Below, piece by piece: positions 37,038-49,194 of a stretch of 64,000 nt of DNA. This DNA comes from Octopus sinensis. Lineage: Eukaryota. The translations under genes and the position numbers were made by a program. Position 1 is the first letter of the stretch, and the number at the start of each line of letters is the position of its first letter. Under the pieces are notes generated by a model. The model did no database searches, had not been told where the DNA came from, and saw only the letters and a list, made by a program, of their open reading frames with translations. Location of the stretch: assembly GCF_006345805.1 (NCBI RefSeq), contig NC_043012.1, forward strand, positions 44,640,001 to 44,704,000, in the 5' to 3' direction.

Positions 37038-39369
37038 TGTGTGTAATTTAAGCCAAATGATATATATTTAACGAATTGTTTTGTGTCCAGTTTTCGGATC
37101 TTTTCTGTTTGGTTGCCACTTATCAATTTCTTTCATTTTTGTTCTAATTGATTTCATATTTGGTGTAATGATGAAGTTTGGTATGGTAATCATTGGCAGG
37201 AAATTCATTTTTGCCATAAATCAATAAATAAAGAATTAATAACATTTAAAGTTTGCAAATTTGGGGTAATTTTAGCAAATCGAAAGCCACAGACATATAG
37301 TTGCCTGTTTTCATAGTAACAAGCCAAGCTGTTACCAAAATTTTTACCCACATGTCATTTTAGCTTAAAACACATGAGATATGAGATGGCCATTTGTTTA
37401 CAGTTGACCACACGTGCAGTTACGCACAAAATGACAACTTCCAAATCCTGTTTTCTGACTGGGTAAAAATGATCAAGCTTTAAACTCCTGAAACTGATTT
37501 TTAAACATATTTTTGGAAAATCTGAATTAGCCCCTGAGATTAAGGGTGGAAAAAATGCACTAAATTTTAAAATTCTCACAAAACTTTAAAATTTTCACAG
37601 GTGCAGACAAACATAAAAGATCTGATTTTGCCCTGCGTATATTGGAATACCTTATCTACTTTATGTTACATAATATACTTTGCATAGACCTATTCTCCAC
37701 CTTTACGTTTTTTTCTGTAAAAATAATGTATTGCATATTTTAGGGGTATAAATGAATTTTAAAATTTCAGATGCTCCAACTGAAACCAAGTTAACTATAC
37801 TGTGCACATGAATGATGCATCTCTTCTGATGTGAGTGATGGAGATCGACGTTGACTTTAAAAATCTTCTCACGTTTTATTTGTGATATAGTGCATGTCGA
37901 TTCAATTGACTATTACTCTTCCCTATAAAGACATAAGACATTATTAATGATTCTTCAAATTGCGACATTATCAGGAAATCATAGCGAAGTACATATGGGC
38001 ACCGAACTCAGTCGACCTCAGTACACATCTAATTGCTATTTGATGAATGACAATGGAATAATAAAGTTGGTTCATGTGCGATTTTAACTGAGGATAAAAT
38101 GGGGTAGAATTGAACATTAAGCAGTATTTGGTCCGTCATATAATTGTTTCTTCCACTCCAACATATTTCAACTACTCCACTTCCATAACATAGTTTAATA
38201 TTTAAATACAATATTCTTAAATATGAATATAATTTAAACTATCGATCGCTTTAATTTTTTTCTCAGTTTATATTACTGAACATGGAAACTTACGGATCAG
38301 GCTCTCTAGATTTAAACTTCAAGAGTATATAATTACAAGAGTATATAATTTAGGTAAAGTATTAATGATAAGATTGAGATTATAGAGACACAGCCTTTGT
38401 TCGGTAGAATCATCATTATTTAGATTGAGAGTAAATTTGTGATAATAGTGTTGTTAACTCGAGTTAGTAAAGAATGAGATTGTAACAGTAAACAAGTTAA
38501 TGTTATCAGATGAACTGTGGATGTTGAAATGTTGACAGTTTCAGAGATTCACCGAACTGGCTATCTCGAGCACCTTTGGAATTATAAGCAATTAGTAAGA
38601 ATTTATTTCAGTTTGTATAGTGCGTGAAATACAAGTGTATATTTATGTGTGTGTGGATGTATGTGTGTGTATGTGTGTGTGTGTGTGTAAGAATTATTAA
38701 TGAGATTTATACTTTTGTTATTAATCAAATATTTAAATATTAAAATATATTAAAGGGTAGTTAAGACATATAAATAAAAAGAAAACAAAAAGGACATATA
38801 TATATAAAACCAAAACAAGCAAAGGATATCAAGTAGTGTTGCAGTACGACTGTTTCAAGCGCTCATTTAATCGAACACTGCAATCATTACATCAATTTAA
38901 ATGTAGTGCCCTCTCCAGCTGTACAAATAAATAAATGGAATTTTAACAAGTAGGACACATTAATGCATATCCTTGATGGTGACAAGCGGGATGAATACAA
39001 AAGTAGAGTGTAATTATTTATTTAGGTCGATCCAGTGCCCGGTGTTATCCGGAGGCAAGATACCACTCTAATAACTATGCCTGTGGCTTTCGATGAGCTA
39101 AAATTACCCCAAATTTGCAAAATTTAAGAGCTTTTAACTCTTTATTTATTGATTTATGTTGAAAATGAATTTCATGTCAATGAATCCCATACCAAATCAC
39201 ATTATTACACCAAATATGAAATCATTTGGAACAAAAATTGAAGAAAATGAAAAGTGGCAGCCAAACAGAAAAGATCCGCAAAGTCTACTTCGGTATCACC
39301 GTAACCGACCAGGCTATCAGATGCTACACATCGCTGGTCACAATGTGCTTCTCATTGTTTTAGCCTTCA

Positions 39370-39584
39370 AATAACGCGACCCCACTGGCTAAGCGAGCAG
39401 GTCAACAGAAGAAAGAGTGAGAGAAAGTTGTGGCGAAAGAGTACAGCAGGGTTCTCCCCCCCCCTGCCGGAGCCTCGTGGAGTTTTCGCTCAATAAATAC
39501 TCACAACGCCCGGTCTGGGAATCGAAACCGCGATCCTACGACCGTGAGTCCGCTGCTCTAACCACTGGGCCATTGCGCCTCCAC
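39370..39584 (-). mobile_element. SINE family D (tRNA-derived head)
   Basis: Minus strand GTGGAGGCGCAATGGCCCAGTGGTTAGAGCAGCGGACTCACGGTCGTAGGATCGCGGTTTCGATTCCCAG with A and B boxes, running into a non-tRNA body. Confidence 0.8.
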
Positions 39585-39901
39585 ATCGGTATAACAGATT
39601 TTAAAATCATTATAAAAAATAAAGAGCTACAGGCTGGAATAACCAGTAAAACTTGGGACAAAAAATTTCATTTACTCCCGACTACGCTCTGATTTCAGTT
39701 TAAGGTTATCTGAATTGTCAGCAGCTGTTGTTGTTATAGTTGTTCAGTTTTGGGCAAGGTCAGATAGACAAAAAAAGGCGAATTGGCTACCGCTTAATTA
39801 TTGTGATCCGATCTGATCTGTTATTTTTCAAAAATAGTTAATCTCAGATCATAATAATCAATATAAATTCTTTAAAAAAGAAAAATGTTATTATTTTAGA
39901 G

Positions 39902-40391
39902 CAGGGGTGGGGAAACATTTTAGTGCAGCGGGCAAAAATTTCCAAAGGAAAATGTTAGCGGGCGGGTCACACGTTCTAACTCATATCGGTGTAAATCTTC
40001 TATATATCTATGTACAAATCGATATACATTAATAATGATAAGTCTAACATTAAATAAACGCGTAGCCTCTTCATTAACGCCGCCACGGAATTTAGAACAT
40101 TTATATTGCGTATGAGGTATTCTATATTTTTCAGCTAGAGTGTAGTTGGATCTCAAGGGGTGGTACAAACATAGCAATATGAGTTTTATTGTGAAATCAA
40201 AATTTCCATTCAAATGACAATTGCTGGACGATTTCTGTTCGAGCTTGATCTCTTTAAGTCGTAGTGGAAACGCGACCTATGTCTCAAATAGGCATACGAA
40301 TGTTGTAAAAATTTTATAATTGAAAAATTTACAATATTTTGTACATGCAAGTATATCATAAAATGGGCTCGCGGGGTTTTCCCCACCCCAT
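39902..40391. mobile_element. hAT-type MITE
   Basis: TIRs CAGGGGTGGGGAAAC and GTTTTCCCCACCCC; 8-bp flanks TTTTAGAG/CTTGAGAG match at 6 of 8. Confidence 0.7.
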
Positions 40392-42519
40392 CTTGAGAGA
40401 TCTGGTTAGTATTTCTAGAGGCTCTCACATTGTTTAAAATACAATCTGGAATATAATGGGGTTGATTTATGAATCCTGGACGAAAATCACTGAAAAAATT
40501 ACAGAAAAAATAATATTCACAGAAAACAAGATGTGAAAATTTCAGTAAATTAACCGATTTGCTGTTTTTATTTTGTTTCATTGTTTTATTTCAGATATTA
40601 AATAAAGCAAGTTCTTGACTTGTCAGTTAATGAGCGACTGAAAATATTATTTGTTTAATTGCTTTAAGTACTGTTTAAGGTATTTAAATGGAGTGGGACA
40701 TTTTTCTTGAGACGTTTTCCTCGATGATTTTTCTGACTCGATTTTCGTTCTTCACATTAACTCTGCCCCAACAAAAAACATTCCTCTTTTCTTGTAGAAA
40801 GAAATTGACACTATAGGTGTTATTTGTTTGTTATGTTTCCTTCATTCCTTCAGGGTAAGTTTCTTAATTTTATAATGATTCACTTACATCTGTTTCTGTA
40901 TTTGGTGTGATTAAAACAGGATGGGCTGGAACTTCTGTTCTTGGGTAACTTCTGACACCAACTCCACCTCCTAAACTAATAGGAGCGTCAAATTTCGACA
41001 GCTAATTGGGGCAGGAGCATTATACTTTTACAGACATTAACAGTGTCTATCAGAATTACCAATTAGCCAAGATTTTCGTTTTCTTTTTATTCTTCTGCTT
41101 TGCTCCTTATGTATTTAGTTGTAGTTGAAGTTGTTGATATTGTTGTTACTGTTGTTGTTGATCAGTAAACACTCGTAAAGAGACAATTTACAATTTAGTA
41201 AACTAAGCAATCATAAATAGACAAACAGCTGAACAATGCTTATTGATTAATGAAAGGAACTTCATAAGAACCAATTACATGTCTTGCAAGAAGAGGAATA
41301 ATCAGCGGCAGTTAGAATAATTTGTAGAAGATCGGACTTGAAGAAGCGAGTAAGCTGATTAAATCCAAGTTCTTCAACGAAACTCTAACATAATTGACTT
41401 GTCTGTTGTTAATGTGTAAATTGTTGAGAGTTTGTAATACAATGAAATTGCTAACTAGACATTAATCTGTGGAATTCATTGTCACAAGCCACTGCACAGT
41501 TTATTTGGACATGCGCACAGCAGCAGAACATAGCGTAATCAAATGGATGCAATCTCTACGTGACGTTGCTTCATTTGTAGTATTTTAATGGAGTGGTGAT
41601 GGCTGTGGAGATGGTAGTGAGAGGTGGGCACCAAAAGACAGAAAAAGAAAGGAACGAATAAAGAGAGTGACAGCAAGAAATAGATAGAGAGGAATAAAGA
41701 CAGAGAGAGAGAGAAAGAATGAGAGAGAGAGAGAGAGAGAGAGAGTGAGAGTGGGGAGAAAGAAACGAAAGAGAAAGAGAAAGGAAGAGTGAATTAAGAG
41801 AAGAGAGAGGTAAGAAAAAGTGGAAGAAATGCGAGGAATAAGAAGTGTAAGAAGGAAAACAAAATAGCACGTCCTTTAGTTAATTATTCCTTAACTTATT
41901 TATGGACATTCATTACATTGGCCCACTTGAGTTATTTTTCCTAGCTCATTTAATTTTTTACGTATGACGTAACGTTAAAAAGAAAAAGGGAGAGAGAGAT
42001 GAAGAGAGAAAGAGGGAAAGAGAGATAGTGTCAAGGAGTGAGAAAGAAAAAGAGGGATTAAGAGATGATGAAACTAAGAAATGAAATAAGTAGATGAGAG
42101 AGAAAGAAAGTTGATATAATAAAGATGGTACACTGACAAAAAAGAATAGTCGTACACACACGTGTATGTATGTATGCATGCGCACACAAATGCACACACA
42201 CACACATATTATGGTTGAGGGAAAATACCCAAGAAGAGCGTTTTGCACTCTAAGCAGAAATACGGTAGAGACTCAGATAAAATAGTTAGTCGGAAAAGTT
42301 GATCAACTGAAATTACCCAAGCAATTAGTAGATAAAAACTTCCTTTAGAAATATTTAAAATAGAAAAAAAGCATGCAAGAGAAAATAACTGCAATAAGAT
42401 GAGTTGATAGAAATTTTTGGAGACTATAGATGATGTAGCTGGGTGTGGGCCTCATCTAGGCAAGTCACCACAGAATTTGTATTTATTGCGTGTAGAATAC
42501 ATACTCAGCTAATTTTGAC

Positions 42520-42700
42520 ACAAGGCCAGTAAGTCGATTAGAGCGATCCCAGTGCTCACCTGGTGCTTTTTGTATCAAGCCTGAAAGGATCAAACGGAAA
42601 GTCGACCACGGTGGAATTTGAACTCGGAATGTGAAGACGGATGAAGTGCTACAGAACATTTTGCCTGGCGTGCTAACGATTCTGCCAGCTGGTCGCCCTA
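42520..42700 (-). mobile_element. SINE family B
   Basis: GTCGACCACGGTGGAATTTGAACTCGG...GATTCTGCCAGCTGGTCGCC. Confidence 0.8.
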
Positions 42701-43163
42701 TACTCAGGTATATTGTTGAAAGTCAAAATCAGTTCGCTACATTCCGCCACGCACTATTTTGCTAACCGTGTAGACTATGCTTCATTGAAGAATTTTATTA
42801 AGACCGAAGCACGTTCGTTGCTTTCACTAAAATGTCCATTGTCAGATACTCGGGTTATACATTGGAAACTTTACTAGATATAGGGGTTTGAGAAAAAGTA
42901 GACATGGTATGAACACCGACCGAAGAGAATTTTTGAATAAGTGAGTTGTCGAATCGTATAGGATTTTCTTCATACAGACAGACAAACGCTCAGAGCACAA
43001 TAAAGCTGATATCACGTGACTGTATGATAAGAAGCTTGCTTCCCAACCACATGGTTCCGGAATCAGTCTCACTGCATGGGTGGGTAAGTGTCTTCTACTG
43101 TAGCCTCGAACCGACCAAAGCCTTGTGAGTGGATTTGGAGACGGAAACTGACAGAATCCCGTC

Positions 43164-43200
<37 letters not shown>

Positions 43201-43490
43201 TCCGTAATAATGAAGGGTGAAATTAATTAATTTGGAATAATTATCAATTACACCAAGTAGTCTTCGGCATGTAAAAGCCTCATTCGAGGAAAATTTAAGT
43301 AATACTAAGCAATAAAGGGTTTAGCAACGAATTGCCTTACCACATACCGAATTTAGAAATAGCAGTCAAAGGGTTATAGCTATTTCTTCTACTAAAAAGG
43401 GAGATCTCAGTAAAAACAGCAATTGGAAGGCAGACACAAACAGGTAAGAGAGAATGAATTGACGGCAATCTATCATACAATTTTAAGTTA

Positions 43491-43590
43491 TCTACGGACG
43501 TACGTTTCGAAATCAAGTTTTTAGGAAAGCATAAGAATTAAATATTAAATAATTCTATCTTACCAAAACTTCTTTTCTCTTCAGCGTAGA
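43491..43590 (-). ncRNA. Type I hammerhead ribozyme, intact core
   Basis: Reverse complement of 43984-44083; predicted cleavage between 43497 and 43496 on the minus strand. Confidence 0.9.
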
Positions 43591-43983
43591 ATACTATAAT
43601 CATAAATGATTATATATTGAATTTTGAGATACTAGAAGGCACCAACTCAACTCAGTATCAGAGCGAGCTAGAATCCGCAACTAGTATCACCAAATTCAAT
43701 GTGTGAATGAAAAGATTGTGTCACCAGCCCCTTCCCACCCGCGTGTAGCCAAAACAAGATGCTGTGGTCATCTACTGAGATAAAATATGGTTATCCGTAA
43801 TAATGACCACAGCATCTTGTTTTGGCTACACGCGGGTGGGAAGGGGCTGGTGACACAATCTTTTCATTCACACATTGAATTTGGTGATACTAGTTGCGGA
43901 TTCTAGCTCGCTCTGATACTGAGTTGAGTTGGTGCCTTCTAGTATCTCAAAATTCAATATATAATCATTTATGATTATAGTAT

Positions 43984-44083
43984 TCTACGCTGAAGAGAAA
44001 AGAAGTTTTGGTAAGATAGAATTATTTAATATTTAATTCTTATGCTTTCCTAAAAACTTGATTTCGAAACGTACGTCCGTAGA
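43984..44083 (+). ncRNA. Type I hammerhead ribozyme, intact core
   Basis: TCTACG-CTGAAGA-GAAA...TTTC-GAAAC-GTAC-GTC-CGTAGA: 6-bp stem I, CUGANGA and GAAA boxes, extended stem II, palindromic stem III ACGTACGT, GUC site with cleavage after 44077. Confidence 0.92.
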
Positions 44084-45384
44084 TAACTTAAAATTGTATG
44101 ATAGATTGCCGTCAATTCATTCTCTCTTACCTGTTTGTGTCTGCCTTCCAATTGCTGTTTTTACTGAGATCTCCCTTTTTAGTAGAAGAAATAGCTATAA
44201 CCCTTTGACTGCTATTTCTAAATTCGGTATGTGGTAAGGCAATTCGTTGCTAAACCCTTTATTGCTTAGTATATATATATATATATATACACACACACAA
44301 ATACATATGTATATACATACACATATACATATGTATGTGTGTGTATGTTGTGTGTGTATATGAGTGTTTGTACGTCTTCGTGTCTGTGTTTGTTCCCCAC
44401 CACCGCTTGACAACCAGTGTTGTTGTGTTTACGTCCCCTAACTTAGCGGTTCGGCAAAAGAGAATGATAGAATAAGTATTAGGCTTAAAAAAAATAAGAC
44501 ATGGGGTCGACTTGTTCCACTAAAAGCCTTTAAGGTGGTGGTACAGCATGGCCGCAGTCAAACGACTGAAAAGACGTAGAAGAACAATAGAAAAAGAAAT
44601 ATTTCCTTATTGACCCATGATGTCCGTTCGACACACGAACAGAAGCTGAAATATCAAATCATCAGGATGCTGAAAACGAAGAAGTAATCCTAGGAACGTT
44701 AGGAACAATGGAAGCCATACACATTCAGCAATGAACTATAAGCAACATTTATATTACACACTCAAAAGTCGAAAGGAAATAAAATAACATTTGAATTATT
44801 GAGAAAATAAACAGTGAATTATTTCAAAAGCACTCCATGAACAGTTTTCAAAACGATTGCATCGTTACTGAAGAAAGTGAAAATCAGATTTCTTAGAATA
44901 CATTATGTGTCACCAGTTTGAAGGCCATTTTGAAGTAATAAGATAGCATGGCTACCGATCAGTGTTGCATTGAAATACATACTCCAAGTGATGAATGATT
45001 AAAAGGATATGTGTGAAACAGTGGAACGTATTGTGGCATGACGAGAGGAGTTAAAGCCTCAATATTATTATAAATGATAAGAAATTTAAAATTTATTTAT
45101 GTATAGTCATCTTAACTTTATATTGCAATTTGCGAAGATAGCCTTGTTGGTTAAAGATCTCGAAACGGAGTGTCTGTAACTTAATACAGAATAAATACCT
45201 CATGGTTCGTGAAGCACTTTTAAAAAAAGTTATACACACACACACAAGCATGTACACTTATACGTGTGCACTTACACACACATAGATACAGACACACACA
45301 CATGAACACACACAGACACACACACAGACACACACACAGTGGATCACCGCACCGTGACTATATCTTCTGTTCAATACATTATGT

Positions 45385-45502
45385 ATTGGTAAACCCAAGG
45401 CTGTGGTAGAAGACACTTGCCGAAGATTCCAAATAGTGGAATCAAACTCGGCACCCAAACCACATAGTTGTGGAATGAACCTCTTAATCACACGGCCAAG
45501 CG
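45385..45502 (-). mobile_element. SINE family A head fragment
   Basis: GGTAGAAGACACTTGCCG...AACCACAT...CACACGGCCAAGC. Confidence 0.6.
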
Positions 45503-45669
45503 TATTGTAATTAAGGTAGCTTTCCCCAACTGATGACTTTTAACTCAATGAAGGAGATCGAAAAACGTAGATAACGAAATGTAGAATATTGATACAAAAT
45601 AATTCGAATGATTGTAGAAGCTCTGGGTCCAGCTGAATATTAAACCAAGCTTAAAACTGAAGAACTTTT

Positions 45670-45700
<31 letters not shown>

Positions 45701-46309
45701 AAAATTATTGCTGTTTTAATGTTTCTTTGTTGTTGATGCTGTTGCTGTTGTTACAAATAGATTCTCCATTACAAGCGATTTAGAAGGCGTTTTGTTGGAA
45801 ACAAACGTATGATGATAAGTTATTAAGTATTCCGCCAATTAACTTTTTCTAATTTTTAATTACAGTTTTAATTAGTAATTGACCGCCTTAATGTAATAAG
45901 CTACATATATCATTTTAAAATTGCTATAAATAAATGGCCTGAATTTTCTTTGCTAACTTTCCAACCAAATGCATTTTATTTGAAATTATAAAAGTTTCTT
46001 AAACATTAATTTTTAGACATAATTTTATCCACCAATTTACCAATTAACATTTTTAATGAATAGTTTATTTTCGCAGCTATAGATATAATATATGACCATA
46101 TTGCAATTAGACAGATGTATGGCTTTATCATTTACATAGCAATATATTTATCTCTACCTTATTAGATTTATTAGTGTTAAACACGGGCAAACATAATCTT
46201 TGAGATACACATTCTTTAAAGATATTATATTCACATCTTATAAACTGAATTATCTGGATGATAATCTTTGGACAACATATTTGTGATTATATATATATAT
46301 ATATATATG

Positions 46310-46348
<39 letters not shown>

Positions 46349-46353
46349 ATATA

Positions 46354-46404
<51 letters not shown>

Positions 46405-46405
46405 G

Positions 46406-46456
<51 letters not shown>

Positions 46457-47505
46457 CATACACGCACATTCATATTCACGATTTGTAAGAAACGATAGAT
46501 TCTTAAAGTACATTTTAATTAAGCGTATACTCAGCTGCCAGCTGAGATAAATCACGAGACTGGTCGTCTCGGATTGTCTGCGAGCCAGTTCCCTCTCTAG
46601 TCTCACTAACACCTTATAGTACATTCTATAAAGATTTAATAATGGACAAAGACTTCTCTTAATCCGAATGATTAACCAAAATGGTTATAGTAACTAATGA
46701 TGATGTGATGTATTTACAGTGAAAAGATTATAATTTCATCTATCGGTAGCTCAGCTTTAATCTCTATCAGTGTTCAGATACTTATCAAGAATGCTTCTGA
46801 GTATCGTAAGCCGTGCGCGAAAACTCTATTGCAGGCGTTGCGCTATATTCTTCAGCAATTCACTTAACCCGACTTGCCCAGTCGATTTGGTGTCAGATCT
46901 CATCTGTTTGCACGAATAATTTAGGTTCTGACAGCCAACTAAACAGCACGACGCAATCACAATCTCAAATATAGACATCTAAAAAGATTTTAAAAATAAA
47001 ATAAAAAAATACTTCCATTTAAAAATTACGAATAGGATTGAAGGCAAATACAAAACATGTTTATTTGCTACGTAATGATTTCAAATTGCTCCATTGCATG
47101 TGCAGAATGTCTGAGCAGTACATTGTTATATGTAACGCCATGTTGTAGATGTCTAATGTAGTTTCGAAGAAGCGTAAGAGTCACGTGACATTTGACCCTC
47201 CCCCTCAACAAAAAAATGTTAAAGAAAAATCAATAATTTGATAAAAAATTTCCGCAATTCTATCAAGAATAAAACAACTACAACAATAGGGAAAACAAGA
47301 AAATTAGCATTGCTACACATGATTGATAAATCCTGCAACGTTTCAGTTGTCTTTAGTTTGTTTTCGAACGACACGCAAATTAAAAATTTGGTGTTTCTTG
47401 TCCAATGGGAAATGAATATTGATAGCTATTGCAGTTAACAGATGAAATGAGATTATTATCGTATTTCTCTACTCGACACAACAATGTCGATCCGCAAATT
47501 TTGAA

Positions 47506-47682
<177 letters not shown>

Positions 47683-47729
47683 AATATATGGGATGACAAA
47701 AGAATAAGCGATTATCTTAAGAACTTCAT

Positions 47730-47775
47730 TAGCTTACAGCTGTTTCTGCAATAAGATGCAGTGAACTCATAGCCG
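47730..47775 (-). ncRNA. Heavily degenerate hammerhead remnant
   Basis: Minus strand GGCT-ATGAG...TGCA TCTTAT TGCA-GAAAC-AGCT-GTA-AGCT; shares ACAGCTGT with 27205; 5' core box damaged. Confidence 0.4.
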
Positions 47776-47849
47776 AGTACCTGAATAACACCTTTCAACT
47801 TCAGAGCTTCGAATATGTCTAAGCGAAAGATATATATATATATATATAG

Positions 47850-48434
47850 TGTCAAACTAACAGTGAAGCCTGAAGCAGTCCAACGCCACTACACTAAAAA
47901 GATTGAAGCAGTGCAGCGGATGAGGTACAGGGGAAAGGCTGAGAAAACTGCAACTTTACTTCCTTGAGCGAAGGCGTGACAGATATGTAATAATCTACAC
48001 ATGGAAAATTCTAGAAGGGCTAGTACCTAATTTCGGCATTGGGTGTTATACAAATGCCTGAACTGGACGTCATTGTATTGTACCATCCACTCCATATAAA
48101 TTCAGGACCAGGTACTGCAATAGCCTCGGGTTCAAAGGCCCACAGCTCTTCAATGCCCTGCCACATAAACTAAGAAGTCTGCATAAAGTCGAAGTAGATG
48201 TCTTCAAAAGGGAACTAGACATCCTCCTCTCCACAATACCAGATAAACCAACAGCACGGCGTGAGGTACAGACGAGAGCAGCGGAATAAAACTTCTTTAT
48301 ACGCCAAATGGGTCAGCAGTTGGGACAAATGCACAAACAGAAGTGGTGATGTGATACACTCCAGACTGAGAAAATAAACAAAACCACGGTGGTGCTCCCG
48401 CATGACCGCAGCCGCATGGCTGAAACGAATAAAA

Positions 48435-48440
<6 letters not shown>
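47850..48440 (+). mobile_element. 3' end of a CR1/L2-group LINE with 3' UTR and tail
   Basis: Manual translation: EAVQRHYTKKI...LERRRDRYVIIYTWKILEGLVPNFG...CNSLGFKGPQLFNALPHKLR...FKRELDILLSTIPDKP. Confidence 0.85.
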
Positions 48441-48472
<32 letters not shown>

Positions 48473-48474
<2 letters not shown>

Positions 48475-48724
48475 CATATGCATACATACATATATGTACA
48501 TACCTACATCTATATGTATATATACATGCATAAAATCAAACAACAAAAAAACAGAGTACAAGACAGACAATACAAGGAATATTCCTTGTATTGTTTGATT
48601 TTATGTTTTCGTTTCTTGTTGTGTTCTACGTTTATTTGTGGTGTCCTGTATTCATATATATATATATGCATGTATATATACATATAGATGTAGGTATGTA
48701 CATATATGTATGTATGCATATGTT
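48473..48724. repeat. Nested fold-back: 60-bp inverted arms around a 28-bp palindrome
   Basis: 48473-48532 pairs with 48665-48724; ACAATACAAGGAATATTCCTTGTATTGT at 48567-48594. Confidence 0.9.
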
Positions 48725-48792
48725 TTATTTATTAAATTGTTATTATATGATTGAACGCCTCGCGTTGTTTTCTTATTCTCCAAGTAAGTTTT

Positions 48793-48847
<55 letters not shown>

Positions 48848-49194
48848 CTAATAGTGAGAGATAATCAGCCCGGGCAAAATACTACATAAGCTGTCTGTTG
48901 GCACATAATTCTATATTGTAAATCCGAGGTTGGGCTCCAGACAAACTGGTTTTTACATAGAGTGATATATAAAACATAAAGAATGGTCATTACATATTTT
49001 CCATCTACTATACCTAATTTGGTTTCCAGTAGTTTCCAGTTGTCATTATAAATACGTTATTGATATGTTTGCTCAATAGGTCTATTGATCAGTTGAGAAA
49101 ATGTGAACGCTTTGTTATAACCATGAATGGTTTGGACGAAAATAGCATTAATTTTCTTAGGTAGTTCAATTTTACTCAACTGGTCAATAGAACA

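Larger units (their letters stand above)
43197..44272. mobile_element. Non-coding hammerhead-bearing element: one 593-nt unit plus an inverted 470-bp copy (Penelope pLTR or retrozyme-like)
   Basis: GTTATCCGTAATAATGA at 43197 and 43790 (period 593); inverted arms 43302-43771 and 43803-44272; (TA)n on both sides; no element-internal ORF of 60 aa or more in the track. Confidence 0.88.
43015..44595 (+). mobile_element. SINE family A split at its internal (TA)n by the ribozyme element
   Basis: 5' half 43015-43196, 3' half 44273-44595. Confidence 0.85.

Noticed and set aside
39500-39584. tRNA gene (also the heads at 1485, 26629 and 57776)
   Set aside because: A and B boxes are present, but there is no matching acceptor stem or terminator and the sequence continues into a SINE body
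45125-45185. GAAGA...GAAAC...GTC hammerhead-like string
   Set aside because: No CUGA box and no stem I in register
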